Assembly (NCBI GenBank): GCA_040954595.2
Contig: CM082585.2
Location: forward strand, 1-14,713
Reading direction: 5' to 3'
Length of the DNA: 14,713 nt
Source of the DNA: Balanoglossus misakiensis
Lineage: Eukaryota; Animalia; Hemichordata
The notes under the pieces are model-generated. The model saw only the letters and a program-made list of their open reading frames with translations. It did not search any database and had not been told where the DNA came from. This document shows, one piece after another, positions 1-9,039 of the stretch; within the stretch, counting starts at the first letter, position 1; each line of letters opens with the position of its first letter. Made by a program: the position numbers and the translations under genes.

Positions 1-75
1 TCTGTATTTTTAATCCAAGGAATTAAAGTGAATTCAATGCTTGTAAATAATTTCTAATTTCTTCTTACCCTCCAG

Positions 76-198
76 ATATGAATGAATGTCACAGTGGTGG
101 ATATGCATGTCAACACTATTGTCAGAATACCCATGGTAGTTATCTCTGCACTTGCAGACCAGGATTCTATCTGCTGGAGGATGGCCATGCATGTGCCG
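76..198 (+). CDS. Internal exon encoding one intact calcium-binding EGF domain (fibrillin/fibulin/LTBP-like host gene)
   Basis: Pyrimidine tract plus CAG acceptor (73-75) and GTATGT donor at 199. 123 nt, phase 1-1. Translates (D)MNECHSGGYACQHYCQNTHGSYLCTCRPGFYLLEDGHACA with six Cys and the D-x-N-E-C and C-x-N-T-x-G-S-Y-x-C cbEGF consensus. Confidence 0.93.
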
Positions 199-918
199 GT
201 ATGTAACTGTGGATATTGATATCTTCTGTGGCTACATTGTTTGGGGATTGTATATTGCTACGGTTACAATCAGCTAAACACACATCCTGTCTGTCCATTG
301 CACACATTTTAAAATTTGAAATCAACCGCACACTCGTACTGAACACATGTTTGTTGAAATTGTATCTCAGAATTTTTCCAATTATAATTATGCATAATAT
401 AAACAAATTAACAAATGTGAAAACTTATCTTTGAAAATTTGTTTGCAAGGGAGAAAAAGTAATCTGTATTTTAAAAATCAGACAAAGTTTTGCTGACAGG
501 GTACACAAGTTTCAGGGGATTTTGTTAAAATGAGAATGATAGAGAGTGTTAAAATTCCTAGAAAGGGATCGCCATGGATATTGAGGACTTTGGTGTAAAA
601 ACAATTAATTGATCAAGAAATATGTGGTTAAGAATATGTGTCATCAACCTCACACGATACTATAAGACTGTCTGATATATTCATGTACAAGTATTTTCAC
701 TACTTATTTGCATAATTTAATGAAATTAGCATAAATTATCAACCTATAGCTAAATAAATTACCTCTGCAAAGAATAAATATACACTTAGAAAATTCATAT
801 AGTTTTCATCTCATTTTAAAGACATTACAAAATGCTTCTCTGAGGGTACAGTAATTTTTAACGGGTATATTCTTGATAACTCATCACCATGAATGAGCAT
901 TTCAAAACTTAACAAGGC

Positions 919-1132
919 CAGTGTACGAAATAAAGCCTGTCCGACAGTCCGAGACTGGTTGTTTTTCTGTAGGACTGGTAAAAATAAAATGTTACCAGTC
1001 CGACAGACAGGTTGAATTTAGCGTGGGAGTTGACTAGTGGTATCATGGCATCTTTTAGACTTTCCCAGGTTCATGTATTGCAATTAAAAGAAACAATGAC
1101 TGCTTGATATTTCCTATGAATTTCGAACACTG
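919..1132. mobile_element. 214-bp MITE with 13-bp TIRs and 7-bp TSD (P- or hAT-like CAG..CTG ends)
   Basis: CAGTGTACGAAAT (919-931) vs ATTTCGAACACTG (1120-1132), 12/13 inverted match. Direct repeat ACAAGGC at 912-918 and 1133-1139. Internal GGACTGGTAA/TTACCAGTCC inverted pair. Superfamily is inference. Confidence 0.85.
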
Positions 1133-1170
1133 ACAAGGCATATGGCTAAATAGGATTCAGTGTTTGTGCA

Positions 1171-1436
1171 CCTTCTATCCACAATGCTGGATCTATTGAC
1201 AGTTTTCAAAGGGGTTTAAAGACTCGTCTTTTTATTCAGCACTATTTCATTCCATTGCTTTTTTGGTTTATAGGGATTGTCTTTCAGAACTGTTTCTGTT
1301 TGTTTGGGGTTTTTAAGTGTAATTTTTTATCCTTTAAGCTTTCACTTGTTTTCTAATTTTATTATTTTCTGTAGAAGATGTATGTGTATTACATTTGTTA
1401 GGAAATAAATAATAATAAAATAAATAAATAATAATA
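1171..1436 (+). mobile_element. 3' end fragment of an L2/CR1-group LINE
   Basis: Frame from 1171 reads PSIHNAGSIDSFQRGLKTRLFIQHY, resembling the ORF2 C-terminal S-x-x-x-F-K-x-x-L-K-T-x-L-F motif. It is followed by a T-rich 3'UTR and an (AAT/AAAT)n tail at about 1403-1436. Confidence 0.6.
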
Positions 1437-1453
1437 ACTATCTTTGATTTCAG

Positions 1454-1570
1454 ATGTCAATGAATATATGGAGAGAGCAGATCTTTGTGAAGGCCAGTGT
1501 GTGAATACAGCAGGCTCTTTTTATTTCACTTGTGCTGTGGAATATTGATTGGTCAATGGAGAGTGTACAG
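1454..1570 (+). pseudogene. Degenerate cbEGF exon (pseudo-exon) of the host gene
   Basis: TTTCAG acceptor and GTAAGA donor, 117 nt, phase 1-1. Translates (D)VNEYMERADLCEGQCVNTAGSFYFTCAVEY*LVNGECT: Cys1->Tyr, Cys4->Phe and in-frame TGA at 1546-1548. Confidence 0.88.
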
Positions 1571-1585
1571 GTAAGATCAACACAA

Positions 1586-1960
1586 TATAGAAATAATGCA
1601 CGACGCCATGACCATTAATGTTTGTTTATGGGCAAGGGCGAGGGGAAAGCCAAAAATTCATGGGCGAGGCTTCCGAGCCCATTAATTTTAGCTTAGCTAG
1701 AGCCCGAGCCCTGCATTTATTTCCATTACATTACCAACAATCTCAAGAAAACCGTCAATATTTCTGAAAATGTCCCACACACAAGACTTGGGGCCCCGGA
1801 ACTTGTGTTATGCAAAATGTTGTGTTCACTGAACTGTTTGCTAATATTACTATTCAGATTTACGGGCATGTAAACAAACCATTACTGGGTATTTGTGGTC
1901 AGTGATGTCGTTCATCTTGACCAATTAAAATGCGACGCACAGACCACGGTAATATAATAT
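1586..1960. mobile_element. Non-autonomous long-hairpin element (Crypton-like), boundaries approximate
   Basis: Imperfect palindrome about 1590-1723 (AAGCCAAAAATTCATGGGC / GCCCATTAATTTTAGCTT; AAATAATGCA / TGCATTTATTT). ATTACATTACC (~1725) is mirrored by terminal GGTAATATAAT (~1948-1958). Same layout as 12990-13396. The family name is inference. Confidence 0.5.
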
Positions 1961-2270
1961 GTGGGCAACGAAAGGTCCTGTATCTGTAATTTTTGAATTT
2001 TTATTCAGTATTATTCTGGTTGTCAACGATCATTTCAGCTCGGTGAAGCTGGGTAAGCAATGTTGTTATTGTTTAAACATTGTATTCAAGCCTGTGTCTG
2101 GACTTGGATGCAATTTGTCAATAATAACAGTGATTGGTAACTGCATGTTTACATAACTGGCTATCTGTTAAAGAGACCATTTGCTGTGTGTACAGTACAC
2201 ATGCCATTGGCCGCTTATGGGTCAGCCAGTGTTTGCCTGTTAATCTCTCGATGTGTGTTATTCTGTCTGT

Positions 2271-2311
2271 ACAGTCAGATCGCACGGTACTCATTAACAT
2301 ATGTTAATGAG
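2271..2311 (+). repeat. Left TIR remnant of the Academ element, including a perfect 22-bp palindrome
   Basis: ACAGTCAGATCGCACGGTACTCATTAACATATG (2271-2303) matches the reverse complement of 12813-12845 at 30/33. CTCATTAACAT|ATGTTAATGAG (2290-2311) is a perfect palindrome. Confidence 0.85.
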
Positions 2312-2502
2312 GGAAAGTACTTCAAACCATGTAGCTGTTAGAGTGGGCCCCGCTGAAGGGTCGCAAAATAGGCCATTTTTTACGCGACATTATAGAGCTG
2401 ATTTCAGGCGAGGAGGACTGTGTACAAAATTGAGTATAGACAACTCAGGTTTTAAAGGATGTTTCATCATTTCCACTGTGTCAACGTCACTACATCCTTG
2501 CT

Positions 2503-4502
2503 ATGAGAAAAAGCCATCCCTTGTGTACTTCGTGCTTATCACGGGCAAACAATTTGTTTAAAATCCCTGATTTTGAAATGGTGCAAACATTTCACCAACA
2601 AACTAACACACCATTTGCCCTTACTCAAGACAGCCTGATTTGTTTGAAATGTTATAAAACATTTGTTGCTTTAGCGGAAAAAGCCAGGTGTAGTATTCAA
2701 CAAGGCTTAATTATGTCGAGTGATATAGCACTTGCTGAAGAAATTAAAAAATATGTCACAATGCTACAATAAAGGATGCAGCTGTGACGACGACTTGGTG
2801 AATTTTGCATGCTGGAAAACTGTTGTCTTTTTAGGAGAAGTGCTCCTCAGAAAACATGCCATTCTATTGTTTGATGTCAGGCAATATTTCAATGATTGTT
2901 TAGACAATGAATATCAGACTTTGCGACCCAATGTCAAGTTACAACGAGTGGAATTCCACAGAAAACCTAAAAGCTGGCTTATTCGGGAATTGCTATGTGT
3001 GTATTTTCCAATTCACCTTTCTGTTGTATCAAAAGTGAGTAGAAAGTTCTCCACCTTTTTGTACCGAACAGGTTCAGATCTCACTATTGCCCTCCAAAAT
3101 GCACTTGTCGAACATCCTCAGTATGTTGTGCAAGCTGAGAAACAGATAGAGAGGCTTGAAAAGCAAGTAAGAGACTTGAGTAAAGTTGACGTTGACTTTT
3201 TCAAAATGCTTGATTTGGTGGCTGTGAAATTAAATGCCAGCATTTATCAGCAATCTCAAGAATTCAGTAATTACTGCAAAACAAACAATGTTGATCTGAG
3301 TACACTTGATGTTGAATATATTGTCAGTGAGGTTGACCCTATGTTATGGAACACTGTTGTATATTTAACGTTGAACAACAGTGAACGCAATAAATTAAAA
3401 AGCTCCAACTTTGTATGGAATAAACACAACTATGGATTTTATGACCGGCACTCTATGGAGAGTAGAGCATGATTCCTCAGGCGTTTCTTTTGTGTGTATG
3501 CTATTGTTCATTTGTTCTGATCATTGTACTTACCCATTGCATACTTACCTGGCTGACATTGTTGAAGGTTATAGTAAGTCATCTACTCTAGTGAAAATTC
3601 TAAATTGATTTGGTATTATTTGTTCTGGAGATACATTGCATAGATACATGTTGGGAGTGATCAACAAAAGAACATCAGCTGATTTCACAGAGGAAAATAT
3701 TGCAAATAATGCATTTTGTTTAACTTCCATTGACAATATTGATAAATCAGCTAAATATGCAGCTGTTAGAGCTGATCCAAAGGACAGAGGTTTCCACGGT
3801 ACTTCTTATCGAATGGTCCAACCAAAATCAAAGTCAATTCTGAACAGTATTGATGATATTGTTTTTGGCAGTCATGACAAACATTCAACTGTCAAAGATT
3901 TTCAGCTAATCAACATTTATGGTGATGGAAGGTGCTTTTTCAGGAGCATCTCTGTGAGAAATGATTTTGCATTACGAAATTGTGATCGTCTACTTAATGG
4001 ACTCCCTTCTGACCCAATTTTAGCTGACCGAGAGAAAATATTCACAGACAAGTTAAGAGCAGATACAGTAGACATAATGCGTGCCAATCATATATACTTT
4101 GAAGGACATATATACACCAAGCAGAATGATATATTTGCAAGAGGTGATGGTGATGTGTTCTCCAAGACTGAGCCTGTCTGTCTCTTGTACACACCAGACA
4201 GGCCAGGTCAACCAGGCCATTATGATTTGCTTCTTAACAGGCAGTTAATTAAAAGAAAAGATAGTCTGGTGAGTGAAAATGCAAAGAATTCATTTGAACG
4301 GTGTCAGGAATTAAACAGTGGCTTTTGTTCACAAAATACAGTAGACTCTGAAATGAATAAAATTTTGGCCAATTTTCCTTGTGGAAATAATACTAAAATC
4401 ATGGTTGACAGATCTATCTCAAAAAATACTGGTACAGGTTTGAGTGCACCTGTGAGTAAAGCCTGTACATTTACGGAGAAAAAATTCAATGATACTGTTC
4501 AT
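2503..4502 (+). pseudogene. Academ polyprotein segment 1: N-terminal CxxC region, first catalytic D, OTU-like insert
   Basis: ORFs 2503-2772, 2732-3472, 3411-3608 and 3636-4535 join through frameshifts and TGA stops (3470, 3606). Motifs CTSC..CLKC, VDPMLW, PLHTYLAD, KILN*FGIICSGDT, SIDNID (D at 3732) and FHGTS..VQP. Ends at the LINE target-site duplication. True start not identified. Confidence 0.8.
3900..4235 (+). other. OTU-like cysteine protease (deubiquitinase-like) domain embedded in the transposase frame
   Basis: IYGDGRCFFRSIS (Cys codon 3933) matches the OTU G-D-G-x-C-x-F-R-[AS] box, and VCLLYTP...GHYDLL (His 4218, Asp 4224) matches the H-Y-[DN] box. The central W-[GA]-x3-E motif is not evident. 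Confidence 0.75.
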
Positions 4503-6217
4503 TTTTTTTTTTTTTTTTTATTTCCATTCATTTAATCTTACATGTATCATAAAGATAAATCGTGTTTTGATGAAATAAATAAATAAATAAATAAATAAAA
4601 AATAATACTATATAAAAAGAGATTCACCAGGTACATTTGTTTAACAAAATAATTACATCTCAGACGGAAGCAAGGATTTTCTTCCAATAATGGGTGAAAT
4701 CTAGATTATTATTCCTTTTGAGTATTTGGTGCATAAATTGTAGATATCTGTAAAATATATCGAAATTGGTTTTTGCTCTAATGCTGTTAATATCATGTTG
4801 TAAATGGACCCATGAAGCGAATACACAATACTTTGCAATGGTAATGACAATGTTTACAAATCTATAAAGAGGATGACTGTACATAGTTTTGTAACCAAGA
4901 ATAATAGTTTCTAAGTCGACCTCATGACATATGCCAAGTTTGCTGAGCAAAGCAGATAAACGCTGCCAAAAATCCCCTAAACGTTGACATTTTAAAAATA
5001 GATGCTCATAAGAATCAGTTACATTTCAAAGACAACATAGATCATTTTTACTAATTTTCCATCTTAAAAGATTGATGCCACATGGCAAAATGTTATGCAT
5101 AATCTTAAAGTTAAATTCAGCAAGTTTCCTATCACAACACAATCCAGTCGTTTGGTTAACCCATATAGTTCTCCACTGTAGTGGAGTAGTCATGGTCAAA
5201 CGACGATTCCATGTATTTTCACAATATGGACGAATAAAACGATTTTGCACAAAAATACTGTAAAAAATTTTGAAGTAAGGCGAGACAGATCATTAGGTAA
5301 AACAAAAACTTTTCCATTGACATGAAGAAAATTCTTTTCTCTACGCATCTGATGCAACTGAGTACCTTTCAACACAGACTTCCATTCTCTGGGAATAAGA
5401 TTCCGCAACTTCATCCATTCAACTATCCAATTTGACTTATTCTCGAGTTTTTGTAACAACAGTGTAGGTGGAAGAAAATCGCCGTTGGTATCGACAATGT
5501 CCTGGACATAGATAATATTTGAGTGAATCCAACCAGGGAAAAAAAGAGTCTTACCATTATCTGAAATGTTGACATTACCCCAGATAATTTGATTACGCAC
5601 ATCTAAATTACTGAGTTTGGAGAAAGTGACGCAACCACCTTTTGCACTATGCCAAGCTGAAATTACTTGTTTATAGAAAAAGGGAATTCTCTCGAGAAAT
5701 GGGAAACAGGAAATGTTGCTAAAATTGAAATGAAAAATAAGAAAATCTGGACCATAGTGCCCGAGCCAATGCAGTGGCAAGGCCTTCCATTTGGCAGAGG
5801 AATTGTCACATAATCTACGAACCCATGATGAACAAAAGGCGTCATGGATGGCAAAAATGTCAGGCATGTTTAGTCCCCCGCAATCATAAGGGGCAATGAG
5901 TGTGAGCCTTTTGATTTTGTCTGGCTTGTCATTCCACAGAAATTTGAAAATAAGACGGTTGATATTCGTGAGCCACGTTTCAAAAGCACCAAGATTAAGC
6001 ATAAGGTAGTAAATTGTGGGCAGTGCCAAAGACTTTAAAACCGTAATTTTGCCATAAAGGCTCAGCTTACGTCGTGACCAGATGTTGAGCACGCTTTTAA
6101 GCCTTTCAATTTTCTTTTCCCATTTCAAAAGTAGACATTTCAGTCGATCGTATCCAAAGAAAACCCCAAGGGATTTTATAGGCTGTTGCTCCCACATAAA
6201 ACCCCCAGGTTTATCAT
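4503..6217 (-). mobile_element. 5'-truncated L1/Tx1-clade non-LTR retrotransposon, antisense, with 14-bp TSD
   Basis: TSD ATGATACTGTTCAT at 4489-4502 and 6218-6231 (the last T is ambiguous with the tail). Poly(A) tail seen as a T-run at about 4502-4519. Carries the ORF2 C-terminal half. Confidence 0.93.
4660..6197 (-). pseudogene. LINE ORF2 C-terminal part (end of RT through CCHC zinc knuckle)
   Basis: IKSLGVFF, WSRRKLSLYGKITVLKSLALP, FLWNDKPDKIKR, GGLNMPD, QIIWGN, EFNFKIMHNILPC and CCL*NVTDSYEHLFLKC are L1/Tx1 ORF2 motifs. One frameshift near 5250-5270 and a stop at 5026-5028 replacing a knuckle Cys. Confidence 0.9.
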
Positions 6218-6231
6218 ATGATACTGTTCAT

Positions 6232-6740
6232 GATGATGTAGTATTTAATTAAACCACCTCTACTGAGACAACATCAACCACAGTCATCAATTTCGCTGTC
6301 AGATTTTGACATTAAACAAGAAGAAGCCATTGCTTGGTCAGAACTGTTTTCTGACGCATTCATTTTTGCTCTACAAAAAATACAATGCACAGAGCTGATA
6401 TAGAAACAGTATTTGGGGATTTTAAATCAACATTAGCAACAACTGCTAACAGTAATGACAGTGAATGCTCAAATGTCATTTATTTGGGCATATCAAGTGA
6501 ACACGCAGACTCTATTGAAACTGTCCATAACATTATCAATAAGCTGTATATGTTACATTCAGAGTTGGTGTAAGAATAAAATACCTGGTTGTGGTTGGTG
6601 ATGGGAAAACTTTCCATCACCTGATAAAGTTAAAAGACATGTATGGTGCAGATTTAGACTGGTTGCAGCCTTTTATCGGAGACTGGCATACTCTAAAAAA
6701 TTACCAACCAGTCATCATGAAAATATTCTGGGATGCTGAC
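6232..6740 (+). pseudogene. Academ transposase segment 2 (second catalytic D)
   Basis: Frameshifted pieces SLSDFDIKQEE..FIFALQK and SNVIYLGISSEHADSIETV, then YLVVVGDGKTF (D at 6600) and DWLQPFIGDWHTLKNYQPVIMKIFWDA. Confidence 0.8.
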
Positions 6741-7147
6741 GTGACGGATTTTGTTTTCGAATATTATCGTTGTATCCTACGATTTCAGCATACCCGTACC
6801 ACATCTGAAAAAGTCATCGATTTTGGGTGTTTTTGGACGCACTCTTCCACCGGTATCGCTTCTTAGCACGACGAAAACAGAAAAAAACGATCTTCCCTGG
6901 TTCAAGCAACTAATGAATACGTATCAAGTTCGTTTTTGAGGTCACGGAATAAAAAGCCTTAGGCTTTTGAAATTTGACCTAGCTAATTTGCATATCAATG
7001 GCGTCAGGGGGCGCGCGCTCACAATCGTGCAGATTTTCAACTAGTTACCAGCCCCTTGTTAGACTCTGAAAACGGCTTAGTCCAAATCGGGGTGTAATGT
7101 CCTATAAAGGCCCATAGCAACGAGCAAAAAGATCCCAGGGACCCATC
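6741..7147. mobile_element. One-ended non-autonomous insertion at a TTAA site (Kolobok-like)
   Basis: Separates ...IFWDAD from LKHLAG.... Ends GGGACCCATC|TTAA (YY-TTAA, as in Kolobok termini), with TTAA 7148-7151 forming the Leu-Lys codons. No matching end or second TTAA at the left junction. Confidence 0.55.
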
Positions 7148-7481
7148 TTAAAACATCTGGCAGGGTTCAATCATAAAGGGGGAACTTCGGAAACCCTAGT
7201 TCAGTGTACAAATTTCAAGCTAACTCATCGCTTCCCAACACAAATTTGGGAACGTATGTTTAGATGTCTTGTCAATTCCTTTTTGAATCAGAGGGGTGAA
7301 ACCCATAATACCCAGCACTGTCCCTTAGATACAGAAACAGTCCAAAAATGTTTACTAGAAGCTGTCACAAAATGTTTGGAATGTACTGAAGATAAAGCTG
7401 ATCATATTGACAAAATTAATGGTGACCTTAAGGCTCAACTTACTGGCTTGCAAGAGGAATTTCAGATTTTTTGTGACAGAA
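7148..7481 (+). pseudogene. Academ transposase segment 3
   Basis: Open frame LKHLAGFNHKGGTSETLVQCTNFKLTHRFPTQIWERMFR...EEFQIFCDR, in frame with segments 2 and 4 once the inserts are removed. Confidence 0.8.
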
Positions 7482-8096
7482 CATAGTACGATATTTTACC
7501 CACAAGTCTCCGTTATTTGTATCATCGAAGGTTGCCCATTTAATAACTTTTTCTGTTTTAGATACTAACAATGATATGAAGTACATATAAATCTATTTAT
7601 TTTTATCTAGGAAAAGTACGTTGAGGAATTAGAATGTAAATTTCAAAATCAAAATTTAAAAGCCATAGAAATCAAAGTATCAATGTACTGCAAATGTCAC
7701 ACTTTAGGGGAAACAAGCAATGACTAACTGAGGTGGCCAGTCTCTGTTGAAAGTTAACATGTAAATTTCCATTGTTCTGTCAATAGAAAAAATCAATATC
7801 TTTTTGTTTGATTAAACAGGTTTTACAAGTGACCCTGTTTTACTCCAAACTTTTTTGTATGGCTGGCTATGCAATTGCTTGATTATTTTATAAAATTCGT
7901 ATCTCCTCTCTCAATAATGCATAATTTTCTAAATCATTTGAAATGGTAATTGACAATAAGATTCACCTTAAAAGTAAGATCTCAAAATTTATATTAGTGG
8001 TGTACAATTCTCTCTACACATGTTAACTTTGCCTGGTTTGACTGAGTAAATGATTGTACAAATCAGAATGAATCATGGGATATTTCACGTACTGTG
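7482..8096. mobile_element. 615-bp non-autonomous DNA transposon with CAC..GTG-type ends and 5-bp TSD (Transib-like)
   Basis: TSD CAGAA at 7477-7481 and 8097-8101. Ends CATAGTACG and CGTACTGTG (rc CACAGTACG, 8/9). Removing it plus one TSD restores FCDRRANTDKTFKFW. Confidence 0.8.
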
Positions 8097-8101
8097 CAGA
8101 A

Positions 8102-8763
8102 GGGCAAATACAGACAAAACTTTCAAATTTTGGGTTAGATTTATAGAGGACGATTTGTTTGCATACATGTCTTTGTACATTGCAATAAGGTCAGGAAATT
8201 GGAACCTTCGAATATTGGCTTTGAAACAAATGAACCCACTGTTCCATGCATATGACCGATCCCTGTACTTGAGGTTAATTCCCAGACATCTCGCTGACCT
8301 TCTGAAGATGCCAAACTCTCTGTTGTTACATTTCAAAGCAGGTGGTTTTGTTTGCAATTTGTCAGGCTCAACTTGGGTTAATGTAGCACTAGATGAAGCC
8401 CATGAAATGTGTGTCAATAAAGATGTTAAAGCTGCATTGCATACTTCTACAGGTGGGTTAATGGAGAGAATAGCAATTTATTTACCCTATAGAGCTATGG
8501 CTGCCAAGAATCTAAAAGATCAGTTATTTCCTTTCCAAAATGAAACCCATAATTCAGTTAGCGTACATAAAATAAATGAGTCAAACTGCAGGTTGTATAT
8601 CAATTGTCTTGAAGGTGCTGATGTATTTTCACCACTTAATACCGCCAGGGAGCTAACTAATATATTTTCAGATGACACAGCGAAAAATAGCGTCAAGGAC
8701 ACTGTGGTCCCATTTGAGGATTATGTAGAAACAGTGACACACCAGAATAAAAATTACAGGTGA
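8102..8763 (+). pseudogene. Academ transposase segment 4 (catalytic E region)
   Basis: FKFWVRFI, YIAIRSGNWNLR, PLFHAYDRSLYLR, HFKAGGFV and VALDEAHEMCVNKDVK (putative catalytic E at 8404). Homology becomes uncertain after about 8683. Confidence 0.85.
8688..8714 (+). repeat. Internal copy of the element's terminal 27 bp, in left-end orientation
   Basis: TAGCGTCAAGGACACTGTGGTCCCATT matches the reverse complement of 12869-12895 at 25/27 (30/32 including the A5 flank). Confidence 0.9.
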
Positions 8764-8810
8764 CATTGCAAGCAGATATGATCTTACGATATAGAAATAT
8801 GGAATGTAAA

Positions 8811-8993
8811 AACAAGGAACATGCCCAAAAATTGACCAAAAATTGTCTGTACAAACACATATGAGAAGCAACTTCTTTCAGTCAGCCCTGGAACAGACAG
8901 ACAGACAGACACACACACACACACACACACACACTGACCTGCCACTGGTAATTAAAAATTTAATAGCCCATGGTCTCTCTGACAGCTGGCTTA
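8811..8993 (+). mobile_element. Fragment of a Helentron/HINE-like non-autonomous element
   Basis: AACAAG start, then (ACAG)n(AC)n microsatellite, then imperfect hairpin TAGCC..GTC-TCTCT-GAC..GGCT at about 8964-8991. This layout is typical of HINE 3' ends. The call is inference. Confidence 0.4.
8893..8934 (+). repeat. Compound microsatellite (ACAG)4(AC)13
   Basis: Read directly from the sequence. Confidence 0.97.
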
Positions 8994-9039
8994 TTGAAGT
9001 TATGTAAACATGTCTAAGTTGGGGGTAACGACTCCTTGT

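Noticed and set aside
1969-2270. Possible Kolobok-like fragment starting AAAGGTCCTGTATCTGTAA that may have displaced the left TIR tip
   Set aside because: No TTAA, partner end or TSD found; the resemblance is only an impression.
4500-4535. Poly-Phe hydrophobic tail of the 299-aa ORF
   Set aside because: It is the antisense poly(A) tail of the LINE.
6741-6939. C-terminus of ORF 6591-6866 and ORF 6751-6939
   Set aside because: Read-through into a non-coding insertion, with no recognisable motifs.
8050-8096. ATG start of the 237-aa ORF as a real gene start
   Set aside because: These codons lie in the inserted MITE; the transposase frame resumes at the TSD (8097-8101).
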